Made by a program: the position numbers and the translations under genes | DNA from: Nemertoderma westbladi | Lineage: Eukaryota > Animalia > Xenacoelomorpha | DNA length: 64,000 nucleotides | Assembly (NCBI GenBank): GCA_032718475.1 | Contig: JAUCBJ010001221.1 | Span: 1 to 64,000, forward strand | Reading direction: 5' to 3' | The notes under the pieces: generated by a model | The model's input: the letters and a program-made list of their open reading frames with translations, nothing else | The model's database searches: none | What the model was told of the DNA's origin: nothing | Shown: positions 49,875-60,611 of the stretch, piece by piece | Numbering within the stretch: the first letter of the stretch is position 1 | Layout: each line of letters starts with the position of its first letter

Positions 49875-50078
49875 CGGAGGCGATTTTGTTCTAGTGTCAA
49901 GCTTGGGGGAACCAATGAGACACCTCCAATGTTATATAGTGTCTGGTTGGAGATGTGTGCATTGTACTTGACACAATGAACCCGGCATAGCCTTCTTGTG
50001 AATGTGCCATCCAGAGATTTGGTGTCCTCAGCAGTTAGAGCCCAGCATGGACTCCCATAGAGGAGTACTGGAACTACT
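49875..50078 (-). mobile_element. Internal fragment of the RTE family at 41915-43077
   Basis: Reverse complement of about 42603-42806 with few mismatches. Confidence 0.9.
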
Positions 50079-50900
50079 AGGGGTTCATAGAATACACTTG
50101 AAGTTGAAAAACCAAATGTACAATCACACTTTGAACATATATGATAGGTCGCCTGATTACTACTGTGGCTCAGGTCAATTCAGAATTCTTCTCCAGTATC
50201 CAAGCAAGAAATTCCATGATTACCTGAAGTCAATATTCTTCTCGAAGATCCCTGTCTGAATTCACACCATTACTATTACCAGTAGATTACTGCAAGGAAA
50301 AAGGTTGGCATATCTATCTATATTTATATGCATAGATTCTCCCATTCATTACCGGTAGTTGTTGCTTCTTGCACTTCTCCACTGTTTAAGATAGGATCCA
50401 CCTTGTTACTAATCATGTTACTACTCTGAACCAGCAATTCTTCACCAATATTAAGATGACCTGCTACATCATTAGAATCAATACAGAAATAAAACTGCAA
50501 TGTTCTGGACACACCTATAGCTTTACTATAAAGATTGAAGTTGAACTCTGTATTAAAAACGAACACACAATCGAGTTTCTTCTGGTAATAATTTTCAATC
50601 CTAAAGTTCCTAAGGGATTCAATCCCTCCCAATGACAGTGAAACCCCACCGGGAAAAAATGTATCATCCAATGGGTCTACTGCTACTACCAGCATTTCGC
50701 AGTGATACCATACTTGTCTTCCCCCTGTTACTGGCACTTGCATTTCAGTTGATGTTGTCTGTTTTGAGGAAGCTACATGTGCAATTGCCATTCTCAAATT
50801 TTATTTCTTTGAGTGGCATTTTATTTCTTTGAGTGGCATTTTGGCTTCAACCAGTATTAGCCTTAATAGCGCCCTTAATTTGCCCATATATGGTAGGATC

Positions 50901-51558
50901 ATAATTCTTCATTTTGATTGGTTGGTTGGTTCTTAAAGAGAGAGCCTTCTGCCCAGTCAGTTAATAGCTTACCGGTAGTGTATACGGCAGGAAAGGCCTG
51001 TATGAGGTGACAGTACTGCAGTACTGCATCACACACAGTACAGCAGTCCCGGTAATACACTGTAATATTGTACAGTTATCAGAGGCAATACTGCAATAGG
51101 CTATCGGTACTGGACCATCTTGCATAGGCCTACAGCACAGCATACGGAGGGGTATCTACTATCTATACACCCCCACCAACAGACAGACAGACCAACCCTA
51201 ATGCTGTCATAGGATAGTGTCTGACAGTATAATTCTTCATTTTGATTGGTTGGTTGGTTCTTAAAGAGAGAGCCTTCTGCCCAGTCAGTTAATAGCTTAC
51301 CGGTAGTGTATACGGCAGGAAAGGCCTGTATGAGGTGACAGTACTGCAGTACTGCATCACACACAGTACAGCAGTCCCGGTAATACACTGTAATATTGTA
51401 CAGTTATCAGAGGCAATACTGCAATAGGCTATCGGTACTGGACCATCTTGCATAGGCCTACAGCACAGCATACGGAGGGGTATCTACTATCTATACACCC
51501 CCACCAACAGACAGACAGACCAACCCTAATGCTGTCATAGGATAGTGTCTGACAGTAT
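50901..51558. repeat. 328-bp exact tandem duplication
   Basis: ataattcttcattttgattgg starts at 50901 and 51229. ORFs 50961 and 51289 are identical. Confidence 0.95.
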
Positions 51559-53098
51559 CAGAGTCCAGAGTGTACTGGTCTGCCCGCTGCCCGCTGTTGC
51601 CTGCAGGCTGCAGGTACGATTGTATGTGTAGGGCCTACATACCTGTAACAGCAGAACAGTGCAACAATGTAACATGCATGCCACATTACTGCTAGGCCTA
51701 CATCATTACTCTCCATCTCCAGCCCGAAGCCTACTGCTACTCTACCTGTCTACGCACCGTACTGTCAGACTGTAGTTGTAGTACCAGTACAGCAGTATGC
51801 AGTACAGCAGTAGGCAGGTAGGGGCTAGCGGAACCAACTCCCGACCCGTCAGACCAACAACCAACACTTCACAAGTCAGCAAGTTGTTGATAGCGTGTGC
51901 TGGCTCCTGCCTGCCCGCTGTCCCTGTCTATCTGTCCTGTCACCCTGTCACCTGTCTGGCTGGCTAAAAAAGTTTAAATTTATAGGCCTACCGGTACCGG
52001 TCCGGTATGCAAATATTTAAATTTTGACTTTATATTTAGTTAATTTTATGTCATGTGCCCGACTGCCTGACGTGCTGGTAGGCCTATTCAATCAGTCAAT
52101 GAATGCACCGTACAAATTCTGTACAAATGACAAACTGGCTGACAGGCTGACTGAGTGGTTGTAATACCAGAGTACTTACTGACTTAGGCAGCTAATCCTA
52201 TACTATAACAGACAGGTGACAGGCAGACATTACAGTATTAGGCCTATAGCAGTATAGGTTCGTTTTATATTCTTACTACTGTACAGCTGTAGGCCTACTG
52301 CTGTACTGGCTGTACTAGTTTTACAGTATTAGGCCTATTGCTGTATTTATTTATCTTTTTGTGTTGTATTATTACTGTACTTATTACTGTACTAGTATTT
52401 AATATTAGCGAAACTATTACTGGTACTAACCGGCAGACCGGTATTGGCCTATCCAGCCTGCCAGCTATCATTCATATCAGCATATGTTCCTTCACCATTC
52501 GAACTATTTCATATTTGGTCATTGCTTATCCATCATCATGCTGTCATGTCCTGTCATTATCATCATCGCTCATTATTTTTATAATTTACTGACTCCCAGG
52601 CACCGGACACATCAGTGATCAGCACCAGCACCAGATGCTCTCCTGTCTTACAGGTCTCTTAGTCACAGTGCACAGTATTAATCACGAATCACCCAACATT
52701 CTAACTGCAGAACTACAGAACTAGGCCTATATAAGCCTAGCTTATATCACTCACATCTTTCCGCCCTTCCTTCATCATAACTTACCCACTTCATCATCAC
52801 AGTGTACTTACATTGCCGGTACATCTTTCATCTGTATACTGGTATACCGGTACTGGCAGACTGGTATATAATTATTATCCAGTTATCTCTATCTGTCTAT
52901 ATTGTGTGTGGTGCAGTGCATGTCTGGCATGTCTGTTCTTCTCATAGCTTTAATTATAGTATTTAGCTTATATACCAGTCAGCCAGTATACCGTAATATA
53001 ATATTTTTTTGTATTTATCAGTTTATGTAATATATTAATTTCAGCATTTCACTGCACTACCCAGCACTACCGGTACCTACCTATTGCTTTAGGGTTTT

Positions 53099-55627
53099 AT
53101 GCATATCACATATCTGAAAATCATCATGGAACAATATTTAAATGCACATAAATTCTTAAAATCCTTCAGGGTCGTTTGTAGGGCAAAAGTTCTTGGAAGT
53201 ACAGTTGAATGTTTAACAACATTTGCAACATATCCCGCCATGAGGAGTCATATGCTCCGCCAACATGGCATCAGCACTAATTCAGAAATTGCAAAATATG
53301 TAAGCCATCCTCTTCCTCAAAACACAATGCTGCCAATTAGTAACAGTATTGCTGATGTTGAAATTTCTTCATCATCGTTTCAGTTACCAGTACCAGTAGC
53401 TATGGACATAGACCAGGACGGAGCTGGGCCATCTACAAGTACAAACACATGTAGTACACCTGAGACTAGTATTTATAGTTTTGGTACAAATTCCGCAAAA
53501 TTCCGTAGAATTCAAGAGCAACAATACCTAACATTTCCAGACCTCCCACTTGCAATACCAACCAGTACTCCTGCACTTCATCTTCCAATTATTAGGACTA
53601 CAAACTTTAACAATATTGGCCCTCAAATTGCTATACCAACACGGGATGATGCTCTGTTTCTTCTAAAATGCAAGAATGAAGGGAATATTTCAGAATCTGG
53701 AATATGCCACATTGTGGATAATTTAAAAACATTGTTAGATACGCGAGGTATAGAAACAGGTACTCTTTTTAACCATTTATCAACAACTTTTAAAAGACAT
53801 AGCTTTTATGTTCAAGAATTTGGTCTGGTTGATCCCGTTTCTATTGCATTGCCCAATGGGTCAAACTACTGTTATGTACCCACACTTCATCAGTTGGAGC
53901 AATTGCTAGCCAATGAAGAAGCTTTAAATGAATTGCACTCAGAGAGAACGAGTGTTCCAAATGTTTATACTGATGTGTGTGATGGTAGGGTTTACAAATC
54001 TCATCCTTTACTAGAATTTGCATACTCAAGTGGTAGTATTTTTCTGCAATTTCAGTTATACTATGATGACGTTGAATTTTGTAACCCCATAGGTGCACAC
54101 ACTAAAACTTATAAGCTTGGGGTGTTTTATTGGGTTCTTAATAATATCCGTCCACAGTTCAGATCGAAATTAAAATGTATTTTCATAGCTTCACTGGCAT
54201 ATGTAAGTGATGTGCGAGATTATCTGGGGGTTATCATGTCTGATTTCATTGCAGCTATGCAGATTTTGGCCAAAGGATACATGATTAATAATCGGAAATA
54301 CATAGGGGCTCTCTTGTGTTTTGTTGGAGACAATCCTGCTTCAACATTGGTAGGGGGATTTAAGGAGTCAGCATCAGCTACGTCATTTTGTCGTAGCTGC
54401 CTTATAAATAAAGAAAATGTTCAGCTAGGCTTTGACTATAATAACCTGATATTAAGAACTGAGAATTCGCACCATGATCACCTGGTACTGGTAACAGATC
54501 CAAAGTTATCTCTGAAAATACGAACTGCAAATTCTGTGAAGTATGGAATTAATGGACCAAGCCCTTTAAGTGACATCCCTTACTTTGACCTTACAGTTGG
54601 TCTTATCCACGATATGCACCATGACATTTTAGAGGGAGTTGCATTGGCAGAAGTAAAACTTATTCTTAAGCATTTGATAGTAGAACAAAAGTGCTTATCG
54701 ATTGATGACTTTAATAAATTACTTTCAAATTGTAATTTTACAGAAAATCAGTTAAACGATATTCCATCCCGAATAGAATATAGTCAATTACAATCAAATG
54801 ACCTTTATTCCTTGAGACAAACGGCAGTACAAACTTTGGTACTATTGAGCAATTTACCCTCTATTATTGGTTGTTTTTTCTCAGAAAATAATGAGAGGTG
54901 GATATGTTTTATTAAATTAATTGAAATTGTTGACATTCTCATGTCCATGGAAATAACTGTTGATAATCTTGCCATGTTGCATTGGTTAATAGAAACTCAT
55001 GCTAAACTCTTTGTAAGGAAATATGGAAGATGTTTTCCAAAGCTTCATTATACTATGCATATTGTGGACGATATTACAAATTTTGGGCCACCAAGGTGTT
55101 ATTGGGCTATGCGTTATGAAGCCCACCATGGACTTTTGAAAAAATGGTTAAAAAACCAACAAAGTTTTAAAAATATTCCAAAATTCCTCTGCAGCAGGCA
55201 TCAGGAGCACCTGTGTTATCAATTAACTGTAAATGGTTCAGGGTTCCTTTATGAATATATTAAAGGAACATCTTTAGTACTCACTGAAGATTTACCCAAT
55301 GGCTACCAGTGCTACAAAAAAATAAAATACCTTGGGCAGACATATGTTTCAAATAAAAGTGTAATTTATATGCAATATTTAAATCAGGATGGTCTTGCAG
55401 TATTTGCCATAGTTAAGCGTGTTTTTATATACAACAGTGGCCAAAATGCTCTATTACAAGTACAGTTGCTTATTAGTGAACGTTACATATCACATATATT
55501 TTCTGTTGAGGTTTCAGAATCAGAAGACATTCAGAATGTTTGGCTATCAAGTTTCCGTTTATTGCCAACCGAATTAAGAGCATATAAATATCAAGGGTTA
55601 AATGTTGTTAAACATAAACAATCTTAA
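53099..55627 (+). CDS. EnSpm/CACTA (CMC)-like transposase, 842 aa, uninterrupted, N-terminal C2H2-like finger
   Basis: LYYDDVEFCNPIG..KLGVFY..L.N, GDNPAS..GGF.ES..FCRSC, HDMHHDILEG, PKLHY..H and FGP...W.MRYEA are animal EnSpm-type transposase motifs. Confidence 0.88.
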   Translation: MHITYLKIIMEQYLNAHKFLKSFRVVCRAKVLGSTVECLTTFATYPAMRSHMLRQHGISTNSEIAKYVSHPLPQNTMLPISNSIADVEISSSSFQLPVPVAMDIDQDGAGPSTSTNTCSTPETSIYSFGTNSAKFRRIQEQQYLTFPDLPLAIPTSTPALHLPIIRTTNFNNIGPQIAIPTRDDALFLLKCKNEGNISESGICHIVDNLKTLLDTRGIETGTLFNHLSTTFKRHSFYVQEFGLVDPVSIALPNGSNYCYVPTLHQLEQLLANEEALNELHSERTSVPNVYTDVCDGRVYKSHPLLEFAYSSGSIFLQFQLYYDDVEFCNPIGAHTKTYKLGVFYWVLNNIRPQFRSKLKCIFIASLAYVSDVRDYLGVIMSDFIAAMQILAKGYMINNRKYIGALLCFVGDNPASTLVGGFKESASATSFCRSCLINKENVQLGFDYNNLILRTENSHHDHLVLVTDPKLSLKIRTANSVKYGINGPSPLSDIPYFDLTVGLIHDMHHDILEGVALAEVKLILKHLIVEQKCLSIDDFNKLLSNCNFTENQLNDIPSRIEYSQLQSNDLYSLRQTAVQTLVLLSNLPSIIGCFFSENNERWICFIKLIEIVDILMSMEITVDNLAMLHWLIETHAKLFVRKYGRCFPKLHYTMHIVDDITNFGPPRCYWAMRYEAHHGLLKKWLKNQQSFKNIPKFLCSRHQEHLCYQLTVNGSGFLYEYIKGTSLVLTEDLPNGYQCYKKIKYLGQTYVSNKSVIYMQYLNQDGLAVFAIVKRVFIYNSGQNALLQVQLLISERYISHIFSVEVSESEDIQNVWLSSFRLLPTELRAYKYQGLNVVKHKQS

Positions 55628-55837
55628 ATTTGTTATTATACTTTTCATTACCGGTACCTACCCTGGATATTCAGATATAAATACGTCTGTAGATTTAGCT
55701 TATGGTATTACCTATGATTGGTTTTATGTGATTTCATTTATAGTTATAGTACTGATAATCTTTATATCTTACAACCATAAACTGGTACCAGGTACAGTGT
55801 GTTACAGAGGACAACAGCTCATAACGATTTACTCAAG

Positions 55838-57025
55838 ATGGAAAAAGGTTCCCAGTGTCCGAACCGCGAGTGCAATGAACTAATTAAAGACACTTTTAAG
55901 ATTTGCCCATCCTGTGAAATTGATTTAACGGATGAACGTAAGTGCTGTAATGAAGTAATGCAAGTCTGGTGGAAGAGATGTCCTTATTGCAAGACACCAT
56001 TCGAAACCGTTAAATCTGCGCCTGGGAGTAGTAAGGATGTGCCGGTTGTCGATAATAATGTTTTCAGAGAGAATCTAGTGAAGGAGGAGATACAAGATAG
56101 AACCTACTTCATTCCTCCTCGATCTCACTCGGGAGAACGCGTTTCTGTTCTTGAGCTAAATGTGAAGGAGGGGGACCTTGCTAATGGGAGTGGTTTGTAT
56201 AAGAAGGCGATTAGACTATTCCTAGATGACTTTAACAACCGTGACATACATGATTTGAAAACTATAGCATCATCAGTCTGTGCAGTATATCCGGAGTTTA
56301 AATTTAAACATAAAACTTTGAAAAATGACGTTACAGCGGTTTTTCGAGGGAAATACTCCCAATGCCGTCTTAACAAGGCATATCGAGTGAAGTCCAGATC
56401 CAAGAAGGACTCTCTTGGTGAAGCTGTCAATGTTAACGCTAAGATGGTAGCTCCAGTTTGTGTTGCCACTGAGCCACATGAAGAACCTGTTGCGTCCGCT
56501 GATACTGTGCGTAAAGAGTCACTTGATGTTGCTGTTGCAACAAAAGAACGAACCCTAAGGGGTAAAAAACGTAAGAAAGGTGGAAGTTCGGAAGTTAGGA
56601 AGTTCGTTCATATCATTCATTCGAGTTCTGATGAGTCAGACGATGAGTCTGGAGATGGGATCTCCTCCTCTGATGCTGAGAACGAGCAACCCGGATCTGA
56701 TTCATCTGGTGATCTCTCTTCGGAAGATTCGTCTGCAGAGAACGATATCGGGTCCCTTGTTTGGGCGAAAATGTCGAAGAAGGATAACCCATGGCCAGCG
56801 CGTATAGTCGCGCCTAACGCACATTTTCCTAAACCCTCTAAAGGGAAATTTGGGGGCGAATACAAATATGTATACTTTTTCGGAACCAAAAATTTTTCAT
56901 GGGTGAAGAATACCCCGGAATATATTCTCCCTTATATTGAGTATAAAGACAAGTTCTCTGTTCGTAAGGCCAATACCCCAAATTCTTTTATATTGGCATT
57001 AGACGAAATAGAAAACAATGAATAA
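55838..57025 (+). CDS. Double zinc-ribbon plus acidic/Ser linker plus C-terminal PWWP-domain protein (about 395 aa from ATG 55838)
   Basis: N-terminus CPNREC..FKICPSC..CC..KRCPYC and a KKRKK NLS-like stretch. C-terminus IGSLVWAKMS..PWPARIV..YVYFFGTKNFSWV..ILPY..F..ALDEIE is an HDGF/GLYR1-type PWWP. Confidence 0.85.
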   Translation: MEKGSQCPNRECNELIKDTFKICPSCEIDLTDERKCCNEVMQVWWKRCPYCKTPFETVKSAPGSSKDVPVVDNNVFRENLVKEEIQDRTYFIPPRSHSGERVSVLELNVKEGDLANGSGLYKKAIRLFLDDFNNRDIHDLKTIASSVCAVYPEFKFKHKTLKNDVTAVFRGKYSQCRLNKAYRVKSRSKKDSLGEAVNVNAKMVAPVCVATEPHEEPVASADTVRKESLDVAVATKERTLRGKKRKKGGSSEVRKFVHIIHSSSDESDDESGDGISSSDAENEQPGSDSSGDLSSEDSSAENDIGSLVWAKMSKKDNPWPARIVAPNAHFPKPSKGKFGGEYKYVYFFGTKNFSWVKNTPEYILPYIEYKDKFSVRKANTPNSFILALDEIENNE

Positions 57026-57822
57026 TTATCATTGATTTTTAGGTGAACAACAAATGTATATCGTTGTTTAAAGTACCTACCATTACCGATACAGCTACAA
57101 TAAAGTTATAGGGTAATATATATTATATATATATATATACGGTTATATATATATACCTTATAATATATACCTACCCATTACTGTTGTAATGATCAACAGG
57201 TTTTTGAACAATGTTTTTTATTTGTAAATAATTTCAATTATTTTTTGCCAGTATTATATATTTTTAATTATTTTTTTTAAATTTATATTTGTACCTACAT
57301 CTATATCGTCTTATTTTTATATTTTCTAAATTGAATCATAAACCATTTTGAAACCCATTAGGCCATTTCGTGCTCATCACCCCCCTTGATTAGTATAGTT
57401 TACCTCTTTAACGGGGGATATATATAAATTGCAAGTGAGTTTGTTTTTTCTGCTCATATAAATGGGAGGAGTTCAGGTTATTAAACAACGATATATATAT
57501 ATTTAAATAAATATAGTGCTACTTGATTTGTGTTTAATTGTGTTGTGTTTCCATAGCTGTTTTCTATAGCATTTATGTTTCCATAGGTAATTTTAAATCT
57601 GCATATGTTCAATCTTTCTATAATCAAACTGCCAAACGTCTGTGAAAAAAGTCTGTGTTACTGTCTTTAATTGTGTCACTTATATAATTGTGTTGTGTTT
57701 CCATAGCTGTTTTCTACAGCATTTGTGTTTCCATAGGTGTTTTCTATAGCATAGGTAATTCGATATGTGCATATGTTCAATCTTTCTATAATCAAACTGC
57801 CAAACGTCTGTGAAAAAAGTCT

Positions 57823-59110
57823 GTGTTATTCAAGAAAAATGCAATTTTTTATATTCGAACTGCCACTTTTATTCAAGCAACATCCATTCTTTTATCAAAC
57901 AAGAGGATCTCATCCAAATAGAAAGTCCGTGTTATTCAAGAAAATTGCCATTTTTTATATTCAAACTGCCACTTTTATTCAAGCAACATCCATTCTTTTA
58001 TCAAACAAGAGGATCTCGTCCAAATAGAAAGTCCGTGTTATTCAAGAAAAATGCCATTTTTTATATTCAAACTGCCATTTTTATTCAAGCAACATCCATT
58101 CTTTTATCAAACAAGAGGATCTCGTCCAAATAGAAAGTCCGTGTTATTCAAGAAAATTGCCATTTTTTATATTCAAACTGCCACTTTTATTCAAGCAACA
58201 TCCATTCTTTTATCAAACAAGAGGATCTCGTCCAAATAGAAAGTCCGTGTTATTCAAGAAAAATGCCATTTTTTATATTCAAACTGCCACTTTTATTCAA
58301 GCAACATCCATTCTTTTATCAAACAAGAGGATCTCGTCCAAATAGAAAGTCCGTGTTATTCAAGAAAATTGCCATTTTTTATATTCAAACTGCCACTTTT
58401 ATTCAAGCAACATCCATTCTTTTATCAAACAAGAGGATCTCGTCCAAATAGAAAGTCCGTGTTATTCAAGAAAAATGCCATTTTTTATATTCAAACTGCC
58501 ACTTTTATTCAAGCAACATCAATTCTTTTATCAACCAAGAGGATCTCGTCCAAATAGAAAGTCCGTGTTATTCAAGAAAAATGCCATTTTTTATATTCAA
58601 ACTGCCACTTTTATTCAAGCAACGTCCATTCTTTTATCAAACAAGAGGATCTCGTCCAAATAGAAAGTCCGTGTTATTCAAGAAAAATGCCATTTTTTAT
58701 ATTCAAACTGCCACTTTTATTCAAGCAACATCCATTCTTTTATCAAACAAGAGGATCTCGTCCAAATAGAAAGTCCGTGTTATTCAAGAAAAATTCCATT
58801 TTTTATATTCAAACTGCCACTTTTATTCAAGCAACATCCATTCTTTTTCAAACAAGAGGATCTCGTCCAAATAGAAAGTCCGTGTTATTCAAGAAAAATG
58901 CCATTTTTTATATTCAAACTGCCACTTTTATTCAAACAACATCCATTCTTTTATCAAACAAGAGGATCTCGTCCAAATAGAAAGTCCGTGTTATTCAAGA
59001 AAAATGCCATTTTTTATATTCAAACTGCCACTTTTATTCAAACAACATCCATTCTTTTATCAAACAAGAGGATCTCGTCCAAATAGAAAGTCCGTGTTAT
59101 TCAAGAAAAA
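57823..59110. repeat. 106-bp tandem array, about 12 near-identical copies
   Basis: Unit gtgttattcaagaaaa[at]tgccattttttatattcaaactgccac...tcgtccaaatagaaagtcc. The ORF track repeats every 106 bp. Confidence 0.97.
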
Positions 59111-59213
59111 GGCCATCTTATAAAAATTAAACAACCACTTATTAATTTTATAACTGCAGGTTTGATAAGCAACTATAATCCTAATAAAGCGTTAGTTTAT
59201 TTGAAATTTTTTA

Positions 59214-59323
59214 ACCGCCGGTTTTCCAAAAAAGCGCCTCGTTCTGGTGTTGCACTTTAAGGGCAGCTTTTTTGGAAAACCGGTGGTTTTTTAGTAAAAA
59301 AACGCCAGTTACTTCTTTCAGTG
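59214..59323. mobile_element. Probable right terminus of the EnSpm-like element
   Basis: Subterminal inverted repeat accgccggttttccaaaaaagc (59214) / gctttttttggaaaaccggtggt (59265). It ends ..cttctttcagtg, which reads CACTGAAAG on the minus strand (a CAC-type terminus). Confidence 0.5.
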
Positions 59324-60014
59324 TATCCCTACAACTAGAAAACCACCACCAGCAAAGACAAAGTCATTTACTTGTGAGAGTTGCGGAAAAAAGTAAGCAA
59401 ATTTTTTTTTATAAAAGAGCAAAGGAGCATGACGTTCCCTGTGGCAGCGAATGCCCCATGGCAGCCATGCCATGCTCGCAAACAATAACCTCCAGGCCCC
59501 TCTAAGATCAGCAATGACAAATCAATGATTATTCCTAAGAAACACCTCCACTTTCACTAAGGATATAGAAATTAACGTTTTAGACTGATTTATGTACTCT
59601 GTAAAGTGTAAACGTTACCACACTACAATATAATTAATATACAGTACGCTGGCCATAGCACTACCAACCAAAACAGCCCTTTTAAGGTCTAACTAGATGT
59701 TTTCATTATTGTCAAGGGCACTAATCTCTTTGAAGTACAAACATGGCGGCTGGTGGTGAGAGTGGGTGGGGAAGCAATTATAAAAGATGATATCTAATAT
59801 CATTCCATTAAAAAATGGACATTTTATAGGGGATGAGTGCATATATAGGGGGTGATGTTGGCCCTGAAAAGGGCCGTTTGGGTTTGTAAGGATGACCTCT
59901 ACTGTGCATATTAGTCCGTAAAGCCCAACATTTCTCGCAGCTTTTCGTCATGGCAGTTTCTAGTTGTTAAATGCGGAACGTAATGAGCCGGAAATCTGAC
60001 CGAACCTTACCTAA

Positions 60015-60202
60015 GGTCGCATTCACACTACCGAGTCAAAGTCAAAAGACAAAATGTAAAACACATCACATGAAATTTCTTTTTTTCTAGAATGCCCTTA
60101 TGTATTATATTAGGCCTATATAATGTATTACTGTATTATATATTATTGCAACTAGCTATATTCATTATCCTTTGACTTTGACTCCGTAGTGTGAACGCGG
60201 CC
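60015..60202. mobile_element. Harbinger-type MITE
   Basis: About 32-bp TIRs ggtcgcattcacactaccgagtcaaagtcaaa / tttgactttgactccgtagtgtgaacgcggcc; flanks taa/tat. Confidence 0.8.
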
Positions 60203-60214
60203 TATTGTAGGTTC

Positions 60215-60611
60215 GGAAATTAGGTTTAGTTCTCTCAGTTCTTCTCCGCTACTGCTACCGCACTGAAAGAGCAGGCAGCACCCAAGTTCGAAACCACCAT
60301 CATGTTTGCTATAGCGAACTTTATTTTCAACACCATCAAACTCGGAATAGACATCGATTGTAAGTTTATCCGGTTTGTCTCATACCCAACTTCATCCATG
60401 CGATACCTGATACTTCGACAGCTATATGACCAACTACCGTAGGCTGGCCATATGGTACTATGTACGTTACTACAGCAACAGAGCGTCTTCCAGTAGATGC
60501 GAAGAAATCGACCTCCCTACTAAACTCCAGAACATCCCCAGGAATGACATCTGCTGATGAATAGTGCCATCTGCCTCGAATAGCGGTATAAAGTGGGCAA
60601 ATATTCATCAT
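60215..60611 (-). pseudogene. HIRAN-like domain ORF (frameshifted), probably TE-associated
   Basis: AIRGRWHY..GDVLEFSRE..SVAV..VVGHIAVEVS, then GGFELGC in another frame. Confidence 0.5.

Noticed and set aside
57823-59110. CRISPR-like array, or a family of repeated 62-aa ORFs
   Set aside because: Units are contiguous and near-identical with no unique spacers, no cas genes are present, and the ORFs are by-products of the repeat.
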